Source of the DNA: Balanoglossus misakiensis
Lineage: Eukaryota; Animalia; Hemichordata
Reading direction: 5' to 3'
Assembly (NCBI GenBank): GCA_040954595.2
Contig: CM082585.2
Span: forward strand, 3,130,902 to 3,194,901
Length of the DNA: 64,000 nt
Shown: positions 50,451-64,000 of the stretch, in pieces
How positions within the stretch are numbered: position 1 is the first letter of the stretch
How the letters are laid out: every line of letters begins with the position of its first letter
Notes under the pieces: model-generated
The model's input: only the letters and a program-made list of their open reading frames with translations
What the model was told of the DNA's origin: nothing
Database searches by the model: none
Program-made: the position numbers and the translations under genes

Positions 50451-51018
50451 TTGGGACATCACTATGGCCCCTCAACATCGATATAAATTTTGTATTATAG
50501 GTTTATCAATACCAGTGAATTTTGTGATGTCATAGCTGTACATTATTACTGATAATGTATCGTGTTATTACGTGGACGCGCGACGCACTCAAGAACCAGC
50601 CAGACGTGGATAATTTCTGACTGAATAACAGAGGTTTTTAAACAATGCAAGCATTGCTAAAAAAGAAATGCAAACGTACACAGAATAAATATGTTGATAT
50701 TTATTAATTTCAAATCGGACCTCAACTGGCGATTTGTTTATTCTTTTCTTTCTACTGCGGCAGTACATGTCATCTGCTCTTGAATCACGCGCAGTTTTCA
50801 ACATGGCTCACTCATGCACGAAAAGCAAACCTCAATGATGCCGGATTTGACATTCGTTCACCATACATACCGTGTACCATGTACCAAGCAGTCATGTCAA
50901 CGAAGTTATACAAAAAAAATCATCAGTGACGCAAGTTTCACTGCCACGTTGTCTACGCAATACGGAGGGTCGATTGAAGGCGAGTTTGTTTATGTATTGC
51001 AACCTTCTAAGCGCCCAT

Positions 51019-51445
51019 ATACGTGAACTTTCCTGAGAACGCAAATGAATGCAAATATATTGCCTGAGTCCTCACCAAGATTTCACAAAAATCAAAACTT
51101 TTTCAGATGTAGCAGAACCCTTAAATGAATTTTCACTTGCATTAATAAACCTTCATTATTTATTTCCTGATGTTTGAATATGATATTAGAAATGTACAGT
51201 GCACTGATTGATCGAGTTTGTTTATACTGGTAAATGTATTGCGCCCGTATACGTGAACTTTCCTGAGAATGCAAACGGATGCAAATATTGCCTGAGTCCT
51301 CACCAAGATTTCACAAAAATCAAAACTTTTTCAGATATATTTCAGCAGAACCCTTAAATGAATTTTCACTTGCATTAATAAACCTTCATTATTAATTTCC
51401 TGATGTTTGAATATGATTTGATACTAGAAATGTACAGTACACCAA
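51019..51445. repeat. ~230-bp direct tandem duplication
   Basis: atacgtgaactttcctgagaa...tagaaatgtacagt occurs from 51019 and again from 51249. Confidence 0.9.
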
Positions 51446-51857
51446 TTGACCGCAATCAGCTGAACTTTTGTTAATGTCATTCCTCTGTTTTTGATATCCG
51501 TGACCGAGTCAGGATCAGATTAAAGGCATGAGCTGCAACTGGATAAAAAAAACTAAGTTTTAAATAACCCCATGTATCCTTTGAATTATGTCTATTAAAT
51601 GATATTTCATAATAGTATATCAAGATCACTTATTTATGACAAAATGGCCAAGAGTTAAAGAAAATCGAAAATTCCTGCAATATTGCGATCAAAAATGAAA
51701 ATGTAATGTCTCAGCGGAGTACATGTACTTCCATAATTGAAGTGGATGAGATCATGCTTTGTTTATGAAATTTTATAGTGGGAAATGCAACGATTTCCTT
51801 GCTTCTTGCATTTTTCCCAAGTTGGCGGCCATATTCCTTTGCGTCAAAGTGATTAAG

Positions 51858-54800
51858 AAATTTACCTGCCCTGCGCAATTATTACTGGCCCTGGGATGCT
51901 GTTAATTTTATAAGCCTGTTAAGACGCGCAGACACATGGCATGACCTCCAACAAAAGTTGATTCATCTTTCGTCAAGTTTAGCTAAGTTGTTACAATGTG
52001 TGTATGCTCAGTGTGTTGCTTCTGTTACTAGGCTATTGGTGCTATTTATAGGAGGCCTGTCTAGAGATAACTTGTGCACTGAATGAAATGGCAGCGCACT
52101 GCTTTTGACAGCGTGCAGAGCTGTGTTGCTTCTAGGGTGATTAAAGCCATGGAAGGTGTGAGATCACTCACTTGTGTTCACTAATTATCAAAAATTGAAA
52201 GGAGTAGCAAGTTACAGTGAAAGCAAAGGTGGACGCAAAGCAAAGGTACAGGAGGTGACATCGATCATATTGTTGCTCACTCTGTAAGAATGCGTCACAG
52301 TGACCTATTATTGGGGGCACAAGCGCCCTCAGGCGGCTTGTGCCCCCATTGTTATTGTTGGAATTTTTTACGGGCCCAAGCCAAGCCAGGCTTGGGCCCG
52401 TATTGGTTTCGCTGGGGTTTTTACGGGCCCAAGCCAAGCCAGGCTTGGGCCCGTATTGGTTTCGTTGGGGTTTTTCTTTCTTTCTTTCTTTCTTTCTTTA
52501 TTCTTGGTTCATTTCTTTCGCGCTCTTGATCTCAGACACCGCTGTAGGTACAGTTCTCAAACTTGCTACAGTGGTCAAGGTCAATGAGTAGATGTGCAGT
52601 GACTTGTGAATACTTAATTAGTCACGTGACATGGCGGCCATATTGGATTTTCTGAAAAAATGCAAATCTCAGATCTCAGAAACTACAAGTCAGATCGACT
52701 TCAGATTTGGTGTGTTGGTAGTATACCCTCTGCCCATCATTTTTGTAATTGGATATTTTGCTGTCAATGTTGCAGTTTTTTTGCTACAGTTGTTTTTCTG
52801 AAATCTGGTCAAAATTTCAAAAATCTTCTTCTCCAGAACCGGCGATAACCAAGTCAAGCCGTTTGGGGTATGTGGTCACCTAACTGATGTCTATCAAGTT
52901 TGCGAAGATCATTGTGATTGGTCGAAGATTATGGCGGCCATATTGGATTTTCGAAAAACCATAGTAAAACTTCAAAAATCTTCTTCTCCAGAACGGGCGA
53001 TAACCGAGTCACAAGATTTGGTGTGTGTGGTCATTAAACGGATGTCTATCAAGTTTGCGAAGGGGAATGTGATTGGTCAAAGATTATGGCGGCCATATTG
53101 GATTTTGTGAAAAACGATTAAAAAGTAAAAATTCCTTTTCTAGCCTAAACATTGATAGCACAGAAATTCTTTTTATGGATATGAATCATCATATGACAAG
53201 AATAAGCTATAAATATTTTGGTAATTTTGGCAATGACCTTTGACCTACTTTTGACGAATCATTTTTCTGCATATCTAATTCCTGGCTAACCAATGGGGCT
53301 ATAAGTTTGGTTTTTGATGTATGTGGATTTGTATGTGATCAAAAAATTTTGCTACTTTTCATGACCCCTTTGACCTCTGGTGACCTCATTAAATATGCGC
53401 ATACCTAATTAATGATGAACCATTAGACCTAGAGGTTTTGTTTTTGTTATACATGGACCAGTATGGGGTCAAAATATTTTGCCCAAATGTTGGGTGACCT
53501 CGGGTGACCTTTGACCTACTTTTGCATATCTTGACATCCACACCAGATACAGCCTTGGCGTTTGGAGGTATGGGGCCATAATGAAAAGCCAAAGTTTTGA
53601 GTCACCTGTGACACCTGCTTTACTCATTATTTATGTGCATACCTAATTCCGGGCTAACCAAAAGGGCTAGATGTCTGGTTTTTGTTTGACATGGACCACC
53701 ACGGGTTAAAATTTTCTGCCCAAATTTTGGATGACCTCAGATGACCTTTGACCTACTTTTGCATATATCGGCATCCAAAGCAGGTACAGCCTTGGCATTT
53801 GGAGGTATGGGGCCATAATGAAAAGCCAAAGTTTTGGGTCACCTGTGACACCTGCTTTACGCATTTTTTATGTGCATACCTAATTCCGGGCTAACCAAAA
53901 GGGCTAGAGGTCTGGTTTTTGTTGGACATGGACCACTGTTGGTCAAAATTTTCTGCCCAAATTGTGGGTGACCTCTGGGTGACCTTTGACCTACTTAACA
54001 CTATATCAACAACAAACATAGATATAACCTTGATATTTCATGGGGATAAAACACAGCATTATGTTTCAACTCATTAATTATGTGCATATCTAATAATCAG
54101 ATCAGATAATAGAGCTTGGGCCCGGACAATGCTGCTTGCAGCTTTAATTCTGTCTTTCTTTCTTTCTTTATTCTTGGTTCCATTCTTTATCGCTCTAGAT
54201 CTCAGACACTGCTGCAGGTACAGTTCTCAAACTTGCTACAGTGGTCAAGGTCAATGAGTAGATGTGCAGTGACTTGTGAATACTTAAATAGTCATGTGAC
54301 ATGGCGGCCATATTGGATTTTCTGAAAAAATGCAAATCACAGATCTCAGAAACTACAAGTCAGATCGACTTCAAATTTGGCATGCTGGTAGACTACCTTC
54401 TGCCCATCATTTTTGTAATTGGAAATTATGCTGACAAAGTAGCAGTTTTTTTGCTACAATTTTTTTTCTGAAATCTGGCTTAAATTTCAAAAATCTTCTT
54501 CTCCAGAACCGGTGATAACCGAGACACGGGGTTTGGGGTATGTGGTCACCTAACTGATGTCTATCAAGTTTGCGAAGATCATTGTGATTGGTCGAAGATT
54601 ATGGCGGCCATATTGGATTTTCGAAAAACCATAGTAAAACTTCAAAAATCTTCTCCTCGAAAACCGGCGATAACCGAATCACAAGATTTTGTGTGTGTGG
54701 TCATTCAACAGATGTCTATCAAGTTTGCGAAGAGGAATGTGATTGGTCGAAGATTATGGCGGCCATATTGGATTTTGTGAAAAACGATTAAAAAGTAAAA

Positions 54801-57800
54801 ATTCCTTTTCTAGCCTAAAAATTGACAGCACAGAAATTCTTTTTATGGATATGAATCATCATATGACAAGAATAACCTATAAATATTTTGGTAATTTTGG
54901 CAATGACCTTTGACCTACTTTTGACGCATCATTTTTCTGCATATCTAATTCCAGGCTAACCAATAGGGCTATAAGTTTGGTTTTTGATGTATGTGGATTT
55001 GTATGTGATCAAAAAATTTTGCTACTTTTCATGACCCCTTTGACCTCTGCTGACCTCATTAAATATGCACATACCTAATTACAGATGAACCAATAGAACT
55101 AGAGATTTTGTTTTGGTTATACATGGACCAGTATGGGGTCAAAATATTTTGCCCAAATGTTGGGTGACCTCGGATGACCTTTGACCTACTTTGGCATATC
55201 TTGACATCCACAGCAGATACAGCCTTGGCGTTTGGAGGTATAGGGCCATAATGAAAAGCCGAAGTTTTGGGTCACCTGTGACACCTGCTTAACTCATTAT
55301 TTATGTGCATACCTAATTCCGGGCTAACCAAAAGGGCTAGAGATCTGGTTTTTGTTGGACATGGACCACTATGGGTCAAAATATTCTGCCCAAATTTTGG
55401 GTGACCTCTGGGTGACCTTTGACTTACTTAACACTATGTCAACACCAAACCTAGATATAACCTTGATATTTCATGGGATAAAACACAGCATTATGTTTCT
55501 ACTCATTTATAATGTGCATAACTAATAATCAGATCAGATAATAGAGCTTGGGCCCGGACAATGCTGCTTGCAGCTTTAATCTTATTATTATTCTTCTTCT
55601 TCCGAGAAATATGTCATTGTAAATCTGGAAAACGGCAGCACCTAGGGGGCCGAAACTTGGTAGGGTGGTAGGGGCCAATGAGTAGACGTGCAGTGGCCCG
55701 TGAATATTTAATTAGTCACGTGACCTGGCGGCCATATTGGATTTCCTGAAAATCGTTAAATGAGTCCTTCTCAAAAACCACTGGGCCGATCGAGTTCAAA
55801 TTTGGTGTGCAGGTAGCCTACCTTCTGTCCATCATTTTACCCCATTGAAATCATGACGTCATACATAAAGTTTTTTTGCTACAATTGTTTTTCTGAAAAA
55901 CTACTTTAAACTTTAAAAATCTTCTTCTCCAGAACCAGCGGTTACCGAGTCTCGGGATTTGGGATATGTGGTCACCTAACCTATGTCTATCAAGTTTGCG
56001 AAGCGCACTGTGATTGGTCGATCATTATGGCGGCCATATTGGATTTTCGGAAAACCATTGAAAAGTGATAATTCCGTTTTGTAGCCAAAATGATGACAGC
56101 ATGGAAATTCTTTTTTTGGATATGAGTCATCATATGACCGGAAGTTGTCACAATTTTTCAGGGCAATTTTCACATGACCTTTGACCCAGTTTAAAACAAC
56201 TAATTATATATGCATATTCCCCATACCTCCTCTTGTCAAAGCATCACAGTCATGAATTTTGTGGACATGGGTACCAATGCTGCCAGGACATGACACAAAT
56301 ATTTTGGTAATTTTGGCAATGACCCTTGACCTATTTCTGAAACATCATTTTTCTGCATATCTAATTCCAGGCTAACCAATAGGGCTAGAGGTCTGGTTTT
56401 AGTTGGACATGGCCCACTCTGGGGTCAAAATTTTATGCCCAAATTTTGGGTGACCTTGGATGACCTTTGATCTACTTTCCCATATCTCAGCATCCACAGC
56501 AGTTAGAGTCCTGGCTTTTGTGGGGCAGATGGAGCACATATGGAGTCTTACACAAGACCTCATTAATTATGCACATGCCTAATTCTAGGCGAACCAATAG
56601 AGCTAGGGGTCTTGTTTTTGTTGGACCTAGACTTGTATGGGGTCCGATTTTTTTGCCCAAATTTGGGGTGACCTCAGGTGACCTTTGACCTACTTTCCAA
56701 TATCTTGGCATCCACAGCAGATACAGCCTTGGCATTTGCTGGTTACCATGGGAACCGCTTGTGCCCCGCCAACGCTGCTTGCAGCTTTAATGATTTATTT
56801 TGTTGTGATAATCCAATATTTATTGCATCAAATGTCGCAAGGACGCACGTTAGCTGAAGCACTGTATATTGTTTTATTTTATTTCTTTCATTGGTGATTT
56901 TGGATAGTATTAGTGTTATAAACAGAGAGAGCACCTTTTTTGGATTCAAGACCATTTTTCTAAACAACCCATTTATGTTTTTCTTAACTATTATCTGAAA
57001 CTTTGACAAAAAATTAACAAAGCAAAGCGAATAGTTCTGATAGACAGACAAAAACTACTTGTATGATAAAATTATACTGTTACCAAGTAAAGGAATGTCT
57101 TGCTTGTGTCTAGAAATCACCTATTATCACAGTCTACTGGTTAGGACCTTGCAGGCTTACAGATATTTGGATGACTGCTTTCAGGACAATTACACTTGAA
57201 CATTGCAGCCTTCTATTCCAGCACCTTCATGTTTAACCCTGATCTAACATTTAACATTAACCTCTAACCTCTAACCACTAACCTAAATAGCAGGCAGGAA
57301 TGTCCATGTTTTCTGTCCTTGAAGTTGATAGCCTCTGAATATTTTGCAAAAGTTAGATTGCCTTTTTATACTAAAACAAAAGTGCCAATGTGTATGACAG
57401 CCTACCAATTATGCTCTCTTTCAGTGTTTCAGCTAGCGTGCAGCCTTGTGACATTTGACACAATAAATGTTGGATTATCGCAACGAAATAATCTTTATGG
57501 GTCACTGTGACGCATTCTTACTGAATGAGCAACACTATGATCGATGTCACCTCCTGTACTTTTGCTTTGCGTCTGCCTTTGTTTTCACTGTAACTTGCTC
57601 CTCCCTTTCAATTTTTGATAATTAGCGAACACAACTGAGTGATTTCACGCCTTTCATGGCTTTAATCACCCTAGAGGCAACGCAGCTCTGCACGCTGTTA
57701 AGAGCAGTGCGCTGCCCATTTCATTCAGTGCACAAGTTATCTCTAGACAGGCGTCCTATAAATAGCATCAATAGCCTAGTAACACAAGCAACGCACTGAG

Positions 57801-57949
57801 CTTGGGCGCATTGTAACAACTTAGCTAAACTTGACAAATGATGAAGCAACTTTTGTTGGAGGTCATGTCATGTGTCTGCGCGTCTGCTCAGGCTTATAAA
57901 ATTAACACTGGCTCAGGACCATAAAAATTAAGCAGGACAGGTAAATTTC
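51858..57949. mobile_element. Diverged inverted-repeat (foldback) structure whose left arm is split by the HINE nest
   Basis: 51858-52305 plus ~56792-56866 together form the reverse complement of ~57421-57949. Confidence 0.8.
52308..56791 (+). mobile_element. Three nested Helentron-like non-autonomous (HINE/DINE-type) elements
   Basis: Three stacked hairpin heads (~52308, ~52366, ~52419), microsatellite-like linkers, and three tails gctgcttgcagctttaat ending at 54149, 55580 and 56791, each preceded by the subterminal repeat of a matching head. Confidence 0.85.
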
Positions 57950-60130
57950 ATCGCCACCTGCCCTGATTTAAGCCTACTTGATAAGGGAAACTTTTAAATG
58001 CTTTGCACTATTTGACTTTGTTTAGAATATGGATGGGTATGATTGCAAAAAAAAAATATTAGCAAAGCAATTAATCTAATCCTGAATGTTGATCATTTTC
58101 CCCATAAAAACAGCCCAGGATTAAATTTCTTTGCCAATGCCAGTATAACATAATTAACACAAAATCTGAGATGTCTTGGGATATGTCCAATTTCTAAAAA
58201 TTACATACATGTCGTAGGATGTAAAAGACAACCCGCACTGAAAATTTGTGAACTTGGCATGGGCAGGCAGTGTTTCATCCAAGTGAATTAGGCTTTCTGT
58301 TCGAGGAAACAAAAAAAAAACAAATAAATAAACAAACAAACAAACAAATAAAATTAAGAAACAACAACCACCGTCATAATAAACAATGCCGTCCGCTCGC
58401 GCGATCTAGCAATCTCTTCCGTATGCTACTATCTAGTAAATGGGTATATGCTGGGAAAGTGTCCAACTCCAACTTGAAAACTGCTTTGACACTGTTGAAT
58501 ATTCACTGTTTTTTAGCCTCTGAATGTCTGCCATCTTTAAAATTTCCTCCCCATTTCTTAACATCGATAAACAGGCTATCATATCGGCATCGATTTATCT
58601 GTCTTTCTTACTACTGGTTGCTGCTAGCATGTAAAAAATGTGCCAATATCACAGTTTTTGAGGCGCGTAGCAAGTCAATGGTAACGTCTGAGTATTTCAT
58701 CAGAGCGGTCTTCGTAACCCCAGGTCAACCAAGATACAAATTTCAAATACTTTCACTAGTAATAGTATTTTACTAGGCCTGTAGTTTACACTGCGTATAA
58801 AAAGACAATATGTTTTGTTAGTAACTACGATGTGCCAATGTCAGCATACTTGATATTAAGTAACAGCCGCGGTAAAATTTGTCCAAAAGAAGCTATGATT
58901 ATGTAAATGTTATTGAAATTAGCCCCGACTCTGATTTTTCCCAGGGAGAACCCTGTCCTGATATATTGTCCCTCGAAAATGTGATTTGTTCCTCTTTCTA
59001 ACCTGCTGCGGGTCACAATGTTCCCATGCATGTTTTCAAAAGCTGGCTGGACTTTGATGTGTCAAACTTCTTTCAACAAAAGTGAACATGTAGCCAGGCC
59101 AAAGACAGCACATATTTTGTAAGAACTGTTATTTAATATTATAGTTATTATCAAACATTGATGCATTAATGTTTTAAGGCTGAAGTAGTGAGGTTTAATC
59201 CTTGTTCATAGGTTGTCACACTCTTTAAGTACCACTATTGTCATATCCATTGAAGAAATTTTCATAAAATGTATGATCTCCAACGATGCATCACAGGGAA
59301 AATATTTTACAATTTTTCTGCTAGTTTATTTCATCAGACCATAAAAGGCTTCCTATCATTACAGGTACTACTCTCATTGGCATGTTTCATATTGGCTGCA
59401 TTTTTATCGCCAAGCTTTTTCAAATTCTTCTACAGATGCATTGATATCAGGGGGACAACAGGGTTATTGTTGCAAATCCCATGGTTTAGACCCCCCAAGG
59501 CACCGGCTATTCTTCGTTTTTGAATGAAATTGGTTTTCCCTCTGGGCCCTCTAAGTCAGTTATGCATGTGCAATTCATTGTTAATGACATTGCCTCTGCT
59601 GGATTAACAGTTGGAGGGGTTAATCATAATACCTCACAAATGACCCACAAGACTGACAAATTGGTTGAAGGCGTGGAGAAATTCACGCAAAGTGAATACT
59701 GCTAGGAGTTGTATTAAAACAAACTGTACATTACACATTTCACAACACCATCCAATATGCTATGGCATCAACATTCCATCATAAGGTAAAACATTCAGTC
59801 TGCATTTGTACTTTCCAGCTTGTTTTAAGAGTTGCTCACTTTGCGTGACATCTCTTACTTTGGCTGCATGTGCCTGAATGGCAAATCAGCAAAGTTTTTG
59901 CACTTTGTTATTTTATTTTTGATTGTTATCATTCATATTGTTTGAATGCTTTTTTTTAGTTTATATGCAGTTTTTCTGACCTTTACTTAGTGTACTTAGT
60001 GTTTGTAGTTGTAGTTTATTGCTCAACAGCTTTTCATATAACCAGAATACTGGCATTGCTTGTTAACTCTATTGCAGCAATGCAATATATGGATAGGAAA
60101 TCAAGCAGGGTTTTCATGTAACTTTTATTT

Positions 60131-60174
<44 letters not shown>

Positions 60175-60523
60175 ACCTTGTCTTTCAAGTGCAACCTCCA
60201 ATGAAAAGTTACCATGAATTGGTAGTGGATCATGCAAATGCCTGTTGATCTCCGACCTATTTGAAACTCAAGTAACATGTGTGGACACAAGATTTTGAAG
60301 TCGCTAAGGCTTATAAGAAATGTTTACCCACTTACGATAATCAAAAAAAAAGAGCGCGGCTGCGCCCTAACCATTGGCACATGGGAACCCATCTTAGCAA
60401 TTTCCTCGGGTTGCCGCAAGTAAATTTGATTTTGAAATGTCCTCTGAAATGCCCCAACCTGTCTTGGCCAAAACTGACCATCCCCCACCCCTTCCCCTGT
60501 CAATAATACCCATTTCGATACAC

Positions 60524-60725
60524 CTGTTTGTCTGTCTGTCTGTCTCTGTCTGTCCGTCCGTCCATCCATCTGTTTGTGAGTGAGTGAGTGAGTAAGTGAG
60601 TGAGTGTACACAAGTATTTGTCCAAACTTTAGAATAGTTTAGTTAGTTAGTTAGTTTATAATTAGTGAGTTAGTTAGTTAGTTAAGTAGTTAGTTAGTTA
60701 GTTAGTTAAGTAGTTAGTTAGTTAG
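60524..60725. repeat. Compound (TGTC)/(GAGT)/(TAGT) microsatellite region
   Basis: Read directly from the sequence. Confidence 0.85.
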
Positions 60726-62049
60726 GTTTATTTTAATTAGTTTAGGTAGCATAGGCTTAGGTAGCGTACATTTATTTATTTAGTTTATTTACTTATTGTA
60801 TATATTTATTTTATTTATTAAGTTCAATGCAGATGTGTACACTAATTATAAAAAAAATAAAAAATTTATATTTTTTAAATGTGTGGTCTTATATGTCTGC
60901 ACTGACTGGAGGAGTAATATGAATTCTGGCTGCCTTAAATAGGTTTTAACTTTGTGCTAGAGGGTTAAGTCACATTGCATTCTGGGCGAAAAGTCATGTA
61001 TGCGAAATGGTATGTTTACTGTATTTCATGACTTCTTTTGGTCAAACATGTCTGTCTTTGTAGTTAGCAACACATTAAACTTTGTTCACATTTTGTTATT
61101 TTTTCTGTTAAAAAGTTTCAGAATGACCCATCATCACTTTAGCTATGAACTCTCATTTCTTAAACATGGCAAAAATCGGCCATCTTGAAATTGTGTCGCC
61201 CAAATGAGATTTTTATCACTCACTTAGGTAGTTTAAAACCTATTTAAGGTAGGAGAATAGGTTGCTGTGACAGACCTTAATCATTTATTCCGAGGGGCAG
61301 AGCACCAGAAATTAGGGTCAATCAGTCATGGTAAATGCAGATCTCTCCCGGCAGCAGAAAGCTTAAGTGTTACCCTCCTACTACCCTACATCAGTGCAAA
61401 TTTGTATAATGTAACCCTCGCACAAAAGGTGTGTTAAATTTAGATGCAAGTATGCCACCTCAGCTTGGTGATATGAAACTGTACCCACAGTGCTTAAATG
61501 TGACCCCCTCTCTGGTCCACATTTGTATAATGTAAGTCTCCCACAAAGGGCTTGGTTAAATTTTGATAGAGGCATGCTACCTGCTTGGTCACATAAATTC
61601 TACCCAATTTTACAAATTTGTTTACGGTTTTAACCCTCGTCAAGAAACAGGATTACAGAGGTAATTGACCAAACAATACAATTTGGACTTAAATCATAAT
61701 TGTTTAATTCTTGGCCAGCAGATATAAACTTCTGTGTTCACCTAAGCAGGGCCATCAAGACATCTGGCCAGCTGCTTTGCAGGACTGGTCACCTATTCTT
61801 TCTCTATCAAAAATGTCAGAGAATAGCACCATGGCATTCTATGTATATCAATCAACCAAGTGGGCCATCCCAAGCAGAAAGGGGTCTTATGCATGGTCAT
61901 AAGTATTGCACTCCTATAAGACCTTTCTGCTTGGGATGGCCCAAGTTAAAAACAAGAATTCAACATTTTTACATTGTAAATAAACCTCAACATTTGAAGT
62001 CAATGTCAGAGCAATTGCAGTACAAGTTGCAAGATCAAGAATGCTTATT

Positions 62050-63045
62050 ACTATTAGGGTTTCGGAGACCAGAGGTTTCTCGAAACCCTCTTAAAATCGT
62101 GTTTTTGTAATAATCTTCTCAGTAGCTCACAATTAAAAAAACTGCTATTCGAAGCCCGTTGCACCCAACGACTTGAAATTTGGCTCATAGGTAAAACTCA
62201 AATTGTGTATTTTTTTATCACATCACTATGCCAACATGTCACATGACCTGGCGTTCATCTTGGATTTAAACTTTAAAATTGATCTCATTTGCGTAAAAAT
62301 GATGTATCAAAATTCTGTTAACAAATTTTGTGGACCATATAGCCAGGTTCCTATAAGCCAAATTTCAGTGTACAAGTCCCTGCCAATTTAAAGGATTATT
62401 TTTCATTGGACGCTTTGGATGCAGCCCATTGGCATATACTTTCCATAGTTAAGCTATGGCCACCTATGATTTTTGTTTCATGCCCAATATCTCAAAATCT
62501 GCTGGGCCCATCACGTTCAAATTTGGTGTGCAGCTAGCCTACCTTATGACAATCATTTTCAGCCAAAAAATAATATGAAAAGTTGACCAATTTTTTTATA
62601 TTAATTTTGTTTATGAAATATATATCTTATATCTCTATAGTTAAGCTATGACCCCATCTTATGGTGGAATTCTGGTAATGCAATGGTCCTATTGGCCAGT
62701 GTGCAGCATGGAATAAACAGCCAAATTTTAGGGTCACCTGTCACACCTACTTAACTCATTAATTATCTGCATACCTAATTCCAGGCGAACCAATAGGGCT
62801 AGAGGTCTGTTTTTTTGTTGGACATGGTCCAGTATGGGGTCCAAATTAGTAGTCGAAATTTTATGTCATCTCAGGTGACCTTTGACCCACTTTTACATAA
62901 CTTGGCATCCACAGCAGATACAGCCTTGGCATTTGGAGTGATGGAACACATAATGGAGTCTTACACCTTGCCTCATTATTCCAGGCAAACCAATAGGGCT
63001 AGTAGTATCTCGAAACCTGCTTATTGCTGTTTACAGCTATAGTTT
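62050..63045 (+). mobile_element. Diverged HINE-like element of the same group
   Basis: Head agggtttcggag..ctcgaaaccct; tail ctcgaaacc...gctgtttacagctatagttt; body shares catacctaattccaggc.aaccaatagggctagagg with 53-56 kb. Confidence 0.75.
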
Positions 63046-64000
63046 GGACTTTTTCTAGTGTGTGTGTAAAATGCCATAATTTTCAATGATACCCTTGAAA
63101 AAATAAGCTAGATATATTTTCTTGACATCTACATGATGTGATGAGAAACTGTTGTATTGTATTGTATTTATTGTCTTAATAAGGATAATCCTGTCACAGC
63201 TCAACAGTAAATTTTAAAAATTACAGAGTAAAACCACGCAGAAACACACAAAAAAAACAAATACATATCAGGGATTAAGTTATTTGCTGGTGCTGAACCT
63301 CAGCTTAGAACACTTGAGGCAATGATATCTACGACCCTAGGGTAACATTTCAAAGCAGGAATAAATTGTATGGTTTACATCAGCAGTGTTCGTACAAGTT
63401 TTTCTCAGTGGTGTATTATCCGCAAGCTCTGAGAGAACCTGTGTGGGTCTCCCAAAAATCTTAGATGCTGTGTGAGAGATTTTCAACAGCTTGTTGCAGT
63501 TAACGACGGGAAGCCATGAGAAATAAAACATGTTGCAGTTAGTCAAGTGTGGTTCAACAATACTGCAATATATGAAGAGTAGCAGATGTTGATTAATTAA
63601 AAGAACACAACCTCCTAAGCATGTGCAATCTCTGCCAACATAGCTGTTGTATGCTGACTAAAGGAGAGTTTACTGTCCAAAATAACACTTTTAAAAGACC
63701 ACCTGCAGGCTGTTCAATACTAATTGGGACATTTGGTGTTGATACCTGACGAAAGACAATGCTTAGCTCTTTTGTCTTTGAAATATTAGAGGGACAAAGT
63801 CTCTCTCTCGCTGCTCATTTTTCAATTAATAATGTTTGATACAAGATACTGTTTTAGTTATTTTATATGTAGATATGTAGTGAACCAACGTTCAACCACA
63901 CACAACTTCCATCCCGTTTCACACACAAAAAAAATTGCATACTTGTAATTGAAACGCAAAAAGTTTTGATTTTTATATTGAAAAATTCTACATCAGTGCA

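Overview
This is AT-rich, repeat-dense animal genomic DNA with spliced genes; the repeat style suggests a marine invertebrate, but that is inference. (1) 625-9462 (-): the first 11 coding exons of a xanthine dehydrogenase/aldehyde oxidase-family gene. Both [2Fe-2S] motifs are intact, the FAD-binding motifs are altered, intron 3 is U12-type, and the gene presumably continues past the left edge. (2) ~23.1-29.3 kb: an apparently intact, unclassified hAT-like DDE transposase gene (-). Its spliced last exon completes a Spindlin-type (Spin/Ssty) Tudor-like domain with a conserved aromatic cage, and a candidate second ORF follows. This is the most notable item. (3) 30164-37594 (+): a 5-exon gene for a ~179-aa single-pass membrane/coiled-coil protein of unknown family. 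(4) Many non-autonomous elements: a MULE-like foldback (9-bp TSD) carrying a hammerhead-like motif, a mariner-like > Harbinger-like > palindromic-element nest, CACTA and Academ derivatives, self-nested Helentron-like (HINE) elements, an RTE LINE relic, a 127-bp satellite and microsatellites. No tRNA, rRNA or CRISPR array was recognised. Family assignments come from motif recognition by eye, not database searches.
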